64,000 nt of DNA from a virus: IMG/VR virus record IMGVR_UViG_3300020439_000004, positions 32,001-96,000 of that record; one strand, written 5' to 3'. Position numbers and translations under genes: made by a program. This document shows positions 7,757 to 18,220 of this stretch, one piece after another. The notes beneath the pieces were generated by a model, which was not told the origin of the DNA, did no database searches, and saw only the letters and a list, made by a program, of their open reading frames with translations. The stretch's first letter is position 1. Each line of letters begins with the position of its first letter.

Positions 7757-9721
7757 ATGCCACGAAAATATACCAAAAGATCTGATTATTGGAACAAATT
7801 TAGAAAATCTGAGCAACCTATAGAAAGTCTACTTTCTTCAGAAGCTGAGAACTTTAATCCTGAACTCATAGGAGATAGCATCTATGAAAGCGTAGAAGCT
7901 TCTAGACTTTCAGAGCCTACAAAAAGAACTTCTAAGAGAAATAATAGAATTACTATTAACCCAGCTAAAAACAGGTTCCAGAATATTAAAGATGGCCTTT
8001 TGCCATTTGAGTATTCAAAAGATTCTGTAAGCGTTAAAGAGGCTATAGAGCTTTGCCAAAAAGCTTATTTCAACATAGCTACATTTAGAAGCACAATAGA
8101 TCTTTTATCTGAATTTGCTGATTCAGACATTTATCTTGAAGGCGGCACACAAAAATCAAGAAATTTTATAGATGCGTGGTTTAAGAGAATCAAAATGCAC
8201 GATCTTAAATCTCAGTTCTTCAGAGAGTACTACAGATCAGGCAATGTTTTCTTGTATAGAGTTGACGGTGTACTACCTCTCAGAAATAGCCAAAAAGTTT
8301 TAGAGGCTTATGGAGCTAGCTCAAGATCAAAGGTTCCTATTAAGTATATGGTTATAAACCCAACTGATGTGGCAACAAAGGGTTCTGTTTCTTTTACTGA
8401 TTATAGTTATTTTAAAGTTTTGACTCCTTTTGAGATAGCAAGACTTAAAAACCCACAAACAGAACACGAACAAGAACTTTTCAACTCTTTACCAGAGGAT
8501 GTGCAAACAAGAATTAAGGTTGGTACTTCAGCAAACAGCGAGAGACTTTATATAGAATTAGATACAGATTATTTGCATCCTGTCTTTGCTAAGAAGCAAG
8601 ATTATGAGCCAATGGCTGTTCCAGCAGGTTTCTCTGTACTTGATGATTTAAACAAGAAAATAGAATTAAAGAAAATAGATCAAGCTATTAGCCGCTCTAT
8701 TGAAAATGTAGTTTTATTAGTAACCATGGGGGCTGAACCTGATAAGGGTGGTGTTAATCACAAAAACTTAGCTGCTATGCAACAAATATTTAGAAACCAG
8801 AGTGTTGGTAGAGTTCTTGTATCTGACTATACAACAAAAGCCGACTTTGTTATTCCTGATCTTAGGAAGGTTGTTGGCTCTGAGAAGTATGAGGTATTAA
8901 ACAAAGATATTGAAGAAGGTCTTCAGAATATTCTAATTGGTGATACTAAATACTCAGACGGCAAAATTAAAATGAAAGTATTTTTCCAGAGACTAGAAGA
9001 ATCTAGAAATTTATTTTTAAAAGAATTTATAAACCCTGAAATAAGAAGAATTTGTAAGAATGCAGGTTTGCGTTCTTGGCCAGAGGTAAAGTTTGTTAAG
9101 AATGACACATTAGATGATGACAACTTAACTAAGCTAGCTACAAGGCTTATGGAGCTTGGAGTAATTACTCCAGAGCAAGGAATGAAGGTTGTTGCAACTG
9201 GTACATTCCCAGATCCAGAAGAGATGGCTCCAGCTCAAGACAGGTTTAAAGAAGAAAGAGAAAAAGGTTATTACATGCCTCTAGTTAATACTATTAACTT
9301 ATATGATGACGATGATACTCCTGATAAACCTGCTCCAGCAGATACACCACAAGCTGTAGCTCCTTCAGGTGGCAGACCAGTAGGAGTATCTAATTCTAAA
9401 GTTTTCTCAAAGAAAAATATTATTGCTGCTACTAAACAAGTTAATGAATTTGAACTTAGAGCATTTAGAGAATTTGCCGCGAAATTCGGTCTTAAGAGAA
9501 TGTCTAAAGAAAAGAAAGAATTAGTATCTCGCGCTTGTGAGTCTATTATAGTAGCAAAAGATCACACTCAATGGGATGAGTCTCTTGCAGAGGTTGTAGA
9601 TAATTTAGATTCTCTAGCATCTCTTGGAGTGCATGATAAAGTGCTTGAGTTAGGTGCTGAACATCAGCTAGATGATTTATCTTCTGCAATTTTATATCAC
9701 TCTACGCAAATTTGCGTGTAA
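7757..9721 (+). CDS. portal protein
   Basis: directly follows TerL; FREYYRSGNVF and MVINPTDV portal-like motifs; start moved to ATG 7757 behind a GTGTAA motif. Confidence 0.82.
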   Translation: MPRKYTKRSDYWNKFRKSEQPIESLLSSEAENFNPELIGDSIYESVEASRLSEPTKRTSKRNNRITINPAKNRFQNIKDGLLPFEYSKDSVSVKEAIELCQKAYFNIATFRSTIDLLSEFADSDIYLEGGTQKSRNFIDAWFKRIKMHDLKSQFFREYYRSGNVFLYRVDGVLPLRNSQKVLEAYGASSRSKVPIKYMVINPTDVATKGSVSFTDYSYFKVLTPFEIARLKNPQTEHEQELFNSLPEDVQTRIKVGTSANSERLYIELDTDYLHPVFAKKQDYEPMAVPAGFSVLDDLNKKIELKKIDQAISRSIENVVLLVTMGAEPDKGGVNHKNLAAMQQIFRNQSVGRVLVSDYTTKADFVIPDLRKVVGSEKYEVLNKDIEEGLQNILIGDTKYSDGKIKMKVFFQRLEESRNLFLKEFINPEIRRICKNAGLRSWPEVKFVKNDTLDDDNLTKLATRLMELGVITPEQGMKVVATGTFPDPEEMAPAQDRFKEEREKGYYMPLVNTINLYDDDDTPDKPAPADTPQAVAPSGGRPVGVSNSKVFSKKNIIAATKQVNEFELRAFREFAAKFGLKRMSKEKKELVSRACESIIVAKDHTQWDESLAEVVDNLDSLASLGVHDKVLELGAEHQLDDLSSAILYHSTQICV

Positions 9722-9729
9722 AGGAGGTT

Positions 9730-11250
9730 ATGCAATTGGATGATTTTAATATTTGCCAATTTGAAGGCAAGATAAGAGAAATAAAAGAAGAGGAATTTGA
9801 GGCGTTCGGTTTATCAGAAGGTTCTATAGCAGAGGCGGCTCAATCATTGCTCCCAGAAGACTTTGATCCAGAACAGAATATAGATGTTCTGCCAGTTGTA
9901 TTTAATTTGGCGAAAGTTAACGAGTTTAATAAAAATGGTGATGGGATTGATTCCAAGACAGCCGTGGCTGCCGTAAAAAGATTTATCAACAAGCCAATAA
10001 ATATTGAACATAAAAAAGATAAAATAGTCGGCCATATGATTAATGCGTCCTTCTCTACACGAGAGTTTGACTTTAAAAATAACGACATTGAATCTTATGC
10101 CGACAAAACTGAGCCTTACTATATAAATGCAGCAGGTCTTATTTATAGACAAATATATCCAAAATTAGCTGACGCAATAATGGAAGCCTCTGATGATAAT
10201 GATGAGACGTATCAATCCATTTCTGCGAGTTGGGAATTAGCCTTTAAGCAATACGAAGTAACATATGGTTCAAACATTTTAGAAGATTCTAAGGTTTTAA
10301 CTGGTAGCGAAAAAGAAGAGAAAAAGCAGTATTTAAAGGGTCTTGGTGGAAAAGGGCAAGATGACGACGGAGTTCCCGTCAATAGATTAATTGTTGGTGA
10401 AACCTATCCTCTGGGTGCAGCCCTAACAAGAAATCCTGCCGCAGCAGTCAAGGGTGTTTACCCAGACGAAGCCAAAGATGAAAAAATGGAATCAGAAAAA
10501 ATTTCCCTAAATAGCAATAAAAATGTAAATGCAGACAAATTTAAATTTATTTTTAATAATATGGACAAAGAACAATTCGACGAACTTATGGCTAAAGTTG
10601 GCGAGAGTGTTGCTTCTGTAGTGAAGCAAGAGTCTGAAGCTTCAACTATTGGCGAAATCATGCGTGATGCACTCACGGACCACAGCGAATCTTGGAAATC
10701 CAAGGTTGAGCTTGAGCGGGAGGCTAAAGCCAAGGCTGAAGCCGATCTTTCTGAAGTTAAGGAAGCCCTTGACGCTACGAAAGAGGAATTAGAAACTCTT
10801 AAAGCTGAAGCTGAAGCTAAAGCAACTGCTGATCTTTTCAACGATAGAATGAATTTTATCGACAATGATTACGATCTTAATGAGCAGGAGCTTGAGTTAG
10901 TCACTGCTGAAGTCAAAGAATTGGAATCTACTGAAGAAGCCTTCGAAGCTTACAAAGGTAAATTGCAGGTAATCTTTGCTCACAAACTCAAAGCTAATAT
11001 TGAAGCCAAAGAAGCTGAGATAAAAGCAAGAATCGAGGAAGCTGTTGCTAGTAAGAGTGAAGATGCTGTTGAGGAAGAGGCTCCAAAAGCTGACCCTCAG
11101 CCTGAGCCTGAGCCAGAACCAGCAGAAGAGTTAGAAGTTGAAGAGGATGAAGAAGCTGAAGCTTCAATTCCAAACAACAACGCTGACGCTAGTGAAAAGA
11201 TTTCTTTAGTCGAAAGACTCAAGAAGAACTTCTCTGTAGAAGTATCCTAA
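9730..11250 (+). CDS. prohead protease / scaffold fusion
   Basis: NKNGD, PINIEH, SASWE protease-like motifs; acidic coiled-coil C-half with PQPEPEPEP; start moved to ATG 9730. Confidence 0.78.
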   Translation: MQLDDFNICQFEGKIREIKEEEFEAFGLSEGSIAEAAQSLLPEDFDPEQNIDVLPVVFNLAKVNEFNKNGDGIDSKTAVAAVKRFINKPINIEHKKDKIVGHMINASFSTREFDFKNNDIESYADKTEPYYINAAGLIYRQIYPKLADAIMEASDDNDETYQSISASWELAFKQYEVTYGSNILEDSKVLTGSEKEEKKQYLKGLGGKGQDDDGVPVNRLIVGETYPLGAALTRNPAAAVKGVYPDEAKDEKMESEKISLNSNKNVNADKFKFIFNNMDKEQFDELMAKVGESVASVVKQESEASTIGEIMRDALTDHSESWKSKVELEREAKAKAEADLSEVKEALDATKEELETLKAEAEAKATADLFNDRMNFIDNDYDLNEQELELVTAEVKELESTEEAFEAYKGKLQVIFAHKLKANIEAKEAEIKARIEEAVASKSEDAVEEEAPKADPQPEPEPEPAEELEVEEDEEAEASIPNNNADASEKISLVERLKKNFSVEVS

Positions 11251-11288
11251 TTAAACAATTAACTATTAACTATTAAATACTAATAATC

Positions 11289-11912
11289 ATGGCAAACGAA
11301 ATTACACGTTTATTGCCGTTTCGTCAATACGATGAGAATGATGTTGTAAACTTCTATTCTCTTGATGCCGAAACGGGCGAAGCGGGTTCTGTTGTTAGAG
11401 TTAGCGCTGCTAACTTAGACCAAGAACCTGTAAAGTATGTCGAAAGAGGCGATAGCAATTCTTACGACAATACGTTGGGCCACGGACTATCATTGTATCC
11501 TGAAGTACCGTACAAAGTTACTAAATGTACAGGCACTGGTGCAACTCAGATTCCGTTGGGTATTTTGTTACGGGATGTCCGTGCAAAAGATGAAAATGGT
11601 GAAAATCTTCTCTACTATCCAGAGAAGAAAGAAGAACTTCAGTGCGTTGTATCTGGAGAAGCTGTACCTATCGCAACTAAGGGTTTATTTACAATGAATG
11701 TAAATGCTCTTAAGGGTGGGTTAGCTCCTGCAATCAACTCTCTTGCTGTTTGTTCTACTAACGGAACTCTTACTGGTGTTGCTCGCTCTTCTGCGTCATC
11801 AAATCAGAAAGATGTTGCTGTTGGTAAGTTCATCGCCACAGGTCAGCGTGAGTCATCTAATACAACTGATGCTTTCGCTGGTTCATACGCAATCCTTAAA
11901 CTTGAACTGTAA
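11289..11912 (+). CDS. capsid decoration/cement protein
   Basis: lies between scaffold and major capsid protein; beta-rich, PLGILL...VPIATKG pattern. Confidence 0.6.
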   Translation: MANEITRLLPFRQYDENDVVNFYSLDAETGEAGSVVRVSAANLDQEPVKYVERGDSNSYDNTLGHGLSLYPEVPYKVTKCTGTGATQIPLGILLRDVRAKDENGENLLYYPEKKEELQCVVSGEAVPIATKGLFTMNVNALKGGLAPAINSLAVCSTNGTLTGVARSSASSNQKDVAVGKFIATGQRESSNTTDAFAGSYAILKLEL

Positions 11913-11931
11913 TTAGGAGGAAATATTACTT

Positions 11932-13077
11932 ATGAAAATTACAATCAAAAGAACCGAAGATCAATTGGCCCTTGTGAGAGCAATGGGTTCAAATAATCGT
12001 GAGGAAGCTTATGAGGCACAAGCAGCAGTAGCTGATCTTCTTGGACCAGTGGTCTCTGAAGTAATCAACAATGCTCCAACAGTTGGAAATCTCTACACCA
12101 GCCTTTCATATGGTGAAGATGATAACCCTTCTCTGCCTTTGGATCTTTTCCACGACATCACTGATGAGGACTACATTCAGGTGTATTCTCAGCAAGTAGC
12201 TGGTGGCCTTCCATATAGCCAAGTCTTTCCTGCTCACAACGAGCTTAAGTTCAGCACTTACACACTTGATAGCGCTCTTGCGTTTGACCGTAAGTATGTT
12301 CGTAAGGCTCGTCTTGATGTTGTCAGCAAGACTTTCACTAGGATGGCTCAAGAAGTTTTACTTAAGCAGACTAAAACTGCTTTTAATGTTCTTGCAACTG
12401 CATTGGTTAAAGGACAGGGAACTTCATCAACCGCTGGTAGCCAAATTATTGGCTCTACAACTGAAAACCGTTTCGTTCTTGACGACTTCAACCGCTTGAT
12501 CACAAAGAGCAAGCGTATCAACAGCTCCTTCAATGGAGGTACTCCTGTTGGTGGAGTTAAGTCTGGAATTACGGATCTTTTAGTTTCTCCAGAAATGGTT
12601 GAGCAACTCCGCTCTATGGCTTACAACCCAATCAACACAATTGATTCAGATGGTAACTCACCAGACTCTGGTGGAGACGGTCAAGTAGCTCCAGACGTTC
12701 TTCGTCAAGAGTTATTTAGCGCCGCTGGACTTCCATCTTTCTATGGTATTAATATCATGGAGATCAATCAGATGGGTATCAACCAAACCTTCAACAAGCT
12801 TTTCGCAGCAGTTGTTACTGCTGAGGGTGCTACTGTTGTTGGTGGAGGTAACACTGGAACCTTTAGTCAGACTGATGACGAAATCGTTATCGGTATTGAC
12901 CGCAGCAAAGACGCTCTTATACGTCCTGTTGTTATCGGTGAAGGATCACCTTCAGAGTTGCAAGTTCTCGTTGATGACCAGTTCTCAGTTCGCCAGAACA
13001 AGATTGGTTACTACGGTAAAGTTGAAGAGGGTCGCATCTGCATTGATGACCGCGCTCTTATCGGACTTGCTGTTTAA
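11932..13077 (+). CDS. major capsid protein (HK97 fold)
   Basis: size, position, AGGAGG RBS at 11915-11920, strong terminator immediately after. Confidence 0.82.
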   Translation: MKITIKRTEDQLALVRAMGSNNREEAYEAQAAVADLLGPVVSEVINNAPTVGNLYTSLSYGEDDNPSLPLDLFHDITDEDYIQVYSQQVAGGLPYSQVFPAHNELKFSTYTLDSALAFDRKYVRKARLDVVSKTFTRMAQEVLLKQTKTAFNVLATALVKGQGTSSTAGSQIIGSTTENRFVLDDFNRLITKSKRINSSFNGGTPVGGVKSGITDLLVSPEMVEQLRSMAYNPINTIDSDGNSPDSGGDGQVAPDVLRQELFSAAGLPSFYGINIMEINQMGINQTFNKLFAAVVTAEGATVVGGGNTGTFSQTDDEIVIGIDRSKDALIRPVVIGEGSPSELQVLVDDQFSVRQNKIGYYGKVEEGRICIDDRALIGLAV

Positions 13078-13102
13078 TCGACAGACACAATCTGACATTA
13101 TT

Positions 13103-13136
13103 AAGAGTCGCCTCGAAAGGGGCGGCTCTTTTTTTT
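13103..13136 (+). terminator. intrinsic terminator
   Basis: AAGAGTCGCCTC-GAAA-GGGGCGGCTCTT followed by a T-run. Confidence 0.9.
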
Positions 13137-13168
13137 GATATTTTAATTAAAATTGATATTATATATAT

Positions 13169-13591
13169 ATGAGTAAGAAAAAGTCTCCAAAGAAAATGAC
13201 GGTATCTAAAGGTGTAGAAAAGAAGAATTTAGAGGAGTTTGATGTAACAGATGGTAAAGAAAGAGATAAAAAAGAAAAAGCTCTAGAAGAAGTAAAAGAG
13301 CTTGAAGAGTTGCTTGGAATGCCTCAAATGAATCCTTATGGAACCTTAAATAGAGACATCTTCAGACAAAGATTAGAGTCTTCATCCGCTTCAGATCTTA
13401 CAGATTTAGCTGCCAGAGTAGGCGTTCCTAGAGAAAGAAATATGAATCTTTTGAGGAAATCATTACTTCAATCTTTTGATTTCTATGCTCAAAAGCATAA
13501 CGTCACTGTACAAGGAAACGCTAAACCAATTATAGACCCAAGTTCCCCAGACTATGAAAAAACTGTAAAGTTATTTAAAGATTTACTATAA
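13169..13591 (+). CDS. hypothetical protein
   Basis: 140-aa ORF; TTGATA-16-TATTAT promoter 6 nt upstream. Confidence 0.7.
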   Translation: MSKKKSPKKMTVSKGVEKKNLEEFDVTDGKERDKKEKALEEVKELEELLGMPQMNPYGTLNRDIFRQRLESSSASDLTDLAARVGVPRERNMNLLRKSLLQSFDFYAQKHNVTVQGNAKPIIDPSSPDYEKTVKLFKDLL

Positions 13592-13595
13592 CTTT

Positions 13596-14093
13596 ATGAA
13601 TGACTTTGGGCAATTAGCGAGTGATATAATAACATACGACTTTCCAAATGATACAGGTACTTATGGTACTGGGTATATTTCTGGCTGGTTGGAAGTTAAT
13701 TTAGGCGAGCTAAATGGTCTAACTCATGAGGAATTTTCTGGAAATGCTACAGGAGCTATAGAGTATACTTCTGGATCTGGTTTAATGCCTGTAGAGAAAA
13801 AGATTTTCAGAAGTTTATACGAAATTCATTACTATCAAAAATCAGCCAGAGAATCTCTTAGAGGGTTTACTTATGATTCTTCTGTTGATTGGATTACAAT
13901 CAAAGAGGGTGATACAACTCTACAAAGACAAAATAAAAATTCTGTTGCTAAAACATATCGGGATTTAGAAGAAATGGCTGTTGAAAAACTAGATAATCTT
14001 TTATATCAATATAATTCTACAAAATCTTCTCCACTTCAAGTTGCTGGTACAGATGGAACTTCCTCTATACTAGTTCCAGATGAAACAGACTAA
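13596..14093 (+). CDS. head-tail adaptor (neck) protein
   Basis: position; WITIKEGDT resembles the adaptor 'S-x-x-EGD' motif. Confidence 0.55.
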   Translation: MNDFGQLASDIITYDFPNDTGTYGTGYISGWLEVNLGELNGLTHEEFSGNATGAIEYTSGSGLMPVEKKIFRSLYEIHYYQKSARESLRGFTYDSSVDWITIKEGDTTLQRQNKNSVAKTYRDLEEMAVEKLDNLLYQYNSTKSSPLQVAGTDGTSSILVPDETD

Positions 14094-14542
14094 TGGCATC
14101 TTTACTCACAGATGCAGAAAAGACTGCAATAAATAGCGCCCTATCTGATGTCCATGATACATTTGCTAGAGATATTTATGTTTATGTTAAAGAGGCTTCT
14201 AGTGTTCCAGCGGAATTAAATTACAATCCTTTGTATGGTAGAACGAAAAATACAGCAAGTTTGCCATCTAATGATAATATACTTACAAAATACACCTTTG
14301 CTGCGCGTATATTCTACAATAACAGGCAGCCAGAGGAAATTGTGGATGCGAACGCCCAAATGAACTTGCTAGCCTCTGACGGCAAAATACGGATCAAAGT
14401 CAAGTCAGATGCTTATGAGAAAATTAAAATATGCTCCAGAATAGAAGTTGATGATGAGCTTTATGTTGTAGATGGTGATCCTAAAATTGTAGGCCCATTT
14501 GATTCTCAATTTTATTCTATATACTTAAAACGTGAAAACTAA
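14093..14542 (+). CDS. head closure protein
   Basis: position; RIEVDDELYVVDG beta-barrel pattern. Confidence 0.55.
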   Translation: MASLLTDAEKTAINSALSDVHDTFARDIYVYVKEASSVPAELNYNPLYGRTKNTASLPSNDNILTKYTFAARIFYNNRQPEEIVDANAQMNLLASDGKIRIKVKSDAYEKIKICSRIEVDDELYVVDGDPKIVGPFDSQFYSIYLKREN

Positions 14543-15174
14543 TGCCAAGACAAGGTTTTTTATCAGCAGGTAAATTCCAAGTCACAGTTAACGCAAAAGA
14601 GTTATTAAAAGAGTTAACTGTCGATAACGACAGGGCAATGGGGACAACTATAAGAAACTATATCGCTCCTAAGTTACAACAAAAGCAGGAAAGACTAGTT
14701 AAAAACTTTAAAACAAACAAAATAACTGTAGAGTTAAAAGCTGGCCCAACAGCTTCAAATACTAGTGGTGTTTTAGGAGGTTATGGTAACTTATTTTCAT
14801 TTATTGGTTTTGATGCTGGGACAGACCCGACTGATGTTATTGAAAAAATATTTGAGCAAAAATTTAGATTCAGGGTTAGAAGAATAAATAAAACAGGAAA
14901 ATATAAAATAACTTTTTTTATTCCTAGCATAGAAGAGATTTATGCCTTAACGCCTATGCCTTGGGCATCTGGATCTAGCTGGGTTGATGGTATAGAAAAA
15001 GGAATGAGTAATGTTGGTAGTTATTTGTATAGCTCTAGAGGTTTCGGACAATCTAGGGCTGGAACAGGTTTACAAGCCAAAAACAAGTCTTCTGGTGTAA
15101 CTTTTAGAAACACACCATACATAACAAGACTTTTAAATAATTTTAAAAGAACTTTAGTCAATTTTACTAAATGA
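14542..15174 (+). CDS. neck/tail completion protein
   Basis: basic protein in the neck module. Confidence 0.45.
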   Translation: MPRQGFLSAGKFQVTVNAKELLKELTVDNDRAMGTTIRNYIAPKLQQKQERLVKNFKTNKITVELKAGPTASNTSGVLGGYGNLFSFIGFDAGTDPTDVIEKIFEQKFRFRVRRINKTGKYKITFFIPSIEEIYALTPMPWASGSSWVDGIEKGMSNVGSYLYSSRGFGQSRAGTGLQAKNKSSGVTFRNTPYITRLLNNFKRTLVNFTK

Positions 15175-16046
15175 AGGCACAATTTGATCAGACATTACTA
15201 TCAAGTTTTTACTTGTGGTTTGAGAATTATTTATTAAAAGATAATTCGAAGGCTTATTCTACAGGAGCTAGCAATACATTTAAATATGTAGATTTTGCTG
15301 ATGTTCCGAGTAGTCATTATGGATATCAAGGGCAATTCAAACAACTTGTAGGAGAACATAGTGTAGATGTCCCTAACTCTGGCTTTTTCTCAGATGGAGG
15401 TTTTGTTACTGGCGATTATGATAATAATGGCGGTGTATTTACAGACTATGACAACGGAAGATTAATATTTCCCTCTGCCTCTGGTACTGGTCTAACTTTA
15501 ACAGCTAATTCTACTGTAAAAGAAGTAAATACTTATATTTCCTATGATGGTGATTTAGAGACTATTTTACATTCAGATTTCAAAGAAGCTGGAGCTAGTT
15601 ATCCTTATCAATACTCAAAAGATAGCGAGTTAGATGAGCAGATATTCTTTCTGCCAGCTTGTTTTATTTCTTTAGCTTCTTCTGATAATACAGAGTTTTC
15701 TTTTGGGGGTGAAGAAAATACAGAGTCTAGAGTAAGGGTTATGATTCTCAGTTCTGACAATTATATTATGGATTCTGTTATGTCGTTATTTAGAGATTCA
15801 GTTAGAAATGACTTTAAAAACGTACCTTACGAAAGTTTCCCATATGGCCCATTTTATTCTATAAAAAGCTATCCTTATACTTATGATGGATTAATTTCAG
15901 GGTTATCAAACCCAGAAACTACTCATATTGACAATGTAACTGTATCTAAAGTTGTTTCAGAACAACTAAGAGAAAACTTAAATAAGGGCATTTCTATTGG
16001 TTTTATAGACTTTGATTTATGCACTTACCGTTTCCCTAGGCTATAA
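15171..16046 (+). CDS. tail terminator-like protein
   Basis: LPACFIS...FSFGG motif; immediately precedes the tail tube gene. Confidence 0.5.
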   Translation: MKAQFDQTLLSSFYLWFENYLLKDNSKAYSTGASNTFKYVDFADVPSSHYGYQGQFKQLVGEHSVDVPNSGFFSDGGFVTGDYDNNGGVFTDYDNGRLIFPSASGTGLTLTANSTVKEVNTYISYDGDLETILHSDFKEAGASYPYQYSKDSELDEQIFFLPACFISLASSDNTEFSFGGEENTESRVRVMILSSDNYIMDSVMSLFRDSVRNDFKNVPYESFPYGPFYSIKSYPYTYDGLISGLSNPETTHIDNVTVSKVVSEQLRENLNKGISIGFIDFDLCTYRFPRL

Positions 16047-16087
16047 AATAGTGTAAAGATGGTTAAACATTTTTATTCTTAAATTTT

Positions 16088-17290
16088 ATGGCAACTTCTA
16101 GAACACGAGTAATTTCACAATCAAAAGCTGTATTTGTAGGCCCAACAGGCATAGAGCATGATACAGACTCAGGGTACATCCCTGATCAACTACACCGTAT
16201 CGACACTTTTTCCTTTGATATTGATATCGCTGGAGCAAGGCAAGATATTAGAGAATTTGGTCAATTAGCAAGAATTGACTCTTTAACAATGTCAGACATA
16301 AACCCAAGTATTTCTTTCGGGTATTATTTTACTGACGGAGAAAATGAAGCTAGACTTGGATTTAATGATGATGGTATTGATAACACTGGTCCGTTATCTC
16401 AGTTTATATCAGGAATCATCACTGAAGATCCTAAAAAGAGCGTTAAAAATCTTTATGTTCTTACTGCTAAGGAAGGTATTGATGCCTTTAATAGTGGGCA
16501 AATGATAACTCCAACAAACAGAGCGCTTTCTGATGTAGTTAGCTTCGGTAATGTTGTTATTAACAATTATTCTGCAAGTTTCGCAGTTGGAGATATTCCA
16601 AGAGTTGATATCGAGGCTGAAGCTTCAAATATTTTATTTACAACTGGAACATATAGTGGTTTCGACAACCCATCTATAAATTCAGTAGGTGAGAAACAAG
16701 CTGGAAAAGTTGCTGTTATTGCTGATCCTGATGACGGAACTGTTCCAAAAGCTCCTTCTACTGGAGATTCTACAATATCAGTTTTAAGACCAGAAGATAT
16801 TACAATTACATTTACTTCCCCTAGTTTTGATATGGGTGGAACTAACTTTAGTGATATGCATGTACAAAGTGCATCTATTGATGTACCTTTAGCAAGAGGA
16901 AACATAGAAGCCCTTGGTAAAGCAAGAGCTGTTGCTAAACCTCTTGAGTTTCCAATTGATGTAACTATGTCATTTAGCTCATTATTAAAGAACTTTGATG
17001 ATGGTGCTTTAGACTTAGTTCTTACTGGATCAGCAGGTGATCAAAAGACAGATATAACTCTTTCTATTACAAATAGAGAAGATTTAGAGATTAGTAGATT
17101 TACTCTAAAGAACGCTCAATTAGATAGTCAGGCGTTCAGTCAAGGGCTTGACGATAATGAGACTGTAGATCTTACATTCTCTGCACAGATCGGTGGACCT
17201 AATACAATAACTCAAGGGTTGTTTTACAGTGGTAAAGCTGATCCAACTGTAGATGCTACAGGTGCTACCAACAGTTACGATATAGCTTAA
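16088..17290 (+). CDS. major tail tube protein (internally duplicated)
   Basis: beta-rich, own promoter and terminator, two similar halves. Confidence 0.7.
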   Translation: MATSRTRVISQSKAVFVGPTGIEHDTDSGYIPDQLHRIDTFSFDIDIAGARQDIREFGQLARIDSLTMSDINPSISFGYYFTDGENEARLGFNDDGIDNTGPLSQFISGIITEDPKKSVKNLYVLTAKEGIDAFNSGQMITPTNRALSDVVSFGNVVINNYSASFAVGDIPRVDIEAEASNILFTTGTYSGFDNPSINSVGEKQAGKVAVIADPDDGTVPKAPSTGDSTISVLRPEDITITFTSPSFDMGGTNFSDMHVQSASIDVPLARGNIEALGKARAVAKPLEFPIDVTMSFSSLLKNFDDGALDLVLTGSAGDQKTDITLSITNREDLEISRFTLKNAQLDSQAFSQGLDDNETVDLTFSAQIGGPNTITQGLFYSGKADPTVDATGATNSYDIA

Positions 17291-17313
17291 CATTATAAAT
17301 ATATAAATAAAAC

Positions 17314-17340
17314 AGCCTCGCCTTCGGGCGGGGCTTTTTT
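17314..17340 (+). terminator. intrinsic terminator with cUUCGg loop
   Basis: AGCCTCGCC-TTCG-GGCGGGGCT-TTTTT. Confidence 0.9.
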
Positions 17341-17356
17341 ATGTGTAATATACAGT

Positions 17357-18220
17357 ATGGCATTAGATAGAGTTCATTCTAGCGAGACTCAGTTGTTTTA
17401 TACTGGAGTTAGAGTACCTGCTATACAGTCTATTAATTTTTCTACAGAAAAGCAGACTACTGATATCAGGCATTTAGGTCATTTGTCTTATGGAGAAAGA
17501 ATATTAAACTCTAACCAAACAGTTTCATTTAGTTACTCTAATGTCATTACTACAGGGGCTAGTGGACAAGATCCGTTTTACAATTACCAGCTATCAGATA
17601 GTGGATTTATGAATACCACAAGTTATGGATTTAACATAAAGGATTTTGCAGGTCAAAATACTATAACTGGAGCTTATCTAAGTTCATATTCACTGAGAGG
17701 CTCTGTAGGGTCTTTTGTTGAAGGTGAATCTTCTTATGTGGGAGAAGTAGTATCTTTTGACTCTTCAAATGCTATAGGATTTAGTGACATGTCTGATGAC
17801 ACTTTTGATGTATTCCAACCTAGAGATATATCAATTGTAACATCAGGCTCTATGGGTAGTGCTGGCACAGGAGTTATAAGTACAGCTAATTTAAGTATAC
17901 AAAGTTTTGACATTTCAGTAGCTACCTCAAGACAACCTATAAATAGACTAGGTTCAAGAACTCCAGAGTTTAGATATCCAAGTTTGCCTATTGATGGCAC
18001 TTTGAATGTAAGTTTTTTAAAGACTGCTGTTACTGGAATAGACATGGGGCCGCTCATAATAGATACAGGAACTATAACAGTAGAATTGAAAGATGATGCC
18101 GACGACACTATAATGAGATTTATAAATAGTGGATGTAGTTTAAAGTCTGTCTCAGAATCAGTAGATCTAGATGGAAATAATCTTTTAAACTTTTCTTACG
18201 TTATTTGTATAAAAAAATGA
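17357..18220 (+). CDS. tail-tube paralogue (minor tube/initiator)
   Basis: colinear motif similarity to 16088-17290. Confidence 0.6.
   Translation: MALDRVHSSETQLFYTGVRVPAIQSINFSTEKQTTDIRHLGHLSYGERILNSNQTVSFSYSNVITTGASGQDPFYNYQLSDSGFMNTTSYGFNIKDFAGQNTITGAYLSSYSLRGSVGSFVEGESSYVGEVVSFDSSNAIGFSDMSDDTFDVFQPRDISIVTSGSMGSAGTGVISTANLSIQSFDISVATSRQPINRLGSRTPEFRYPSLPIDGTLNVSFLKTAVTGIDMGPLIIDTGTITVELKDDADDTIMRFINSGCSLKSVSESVDLDGNNLLNFSYVICIKK

Noticed and set aside
9722-9727. AGGAGG as the RBS of the protease gene
   Set aside because: only 2 nt from ATG 9730, too close to function as an SD; the GTGTAA-8-ATG pattern explains the start better
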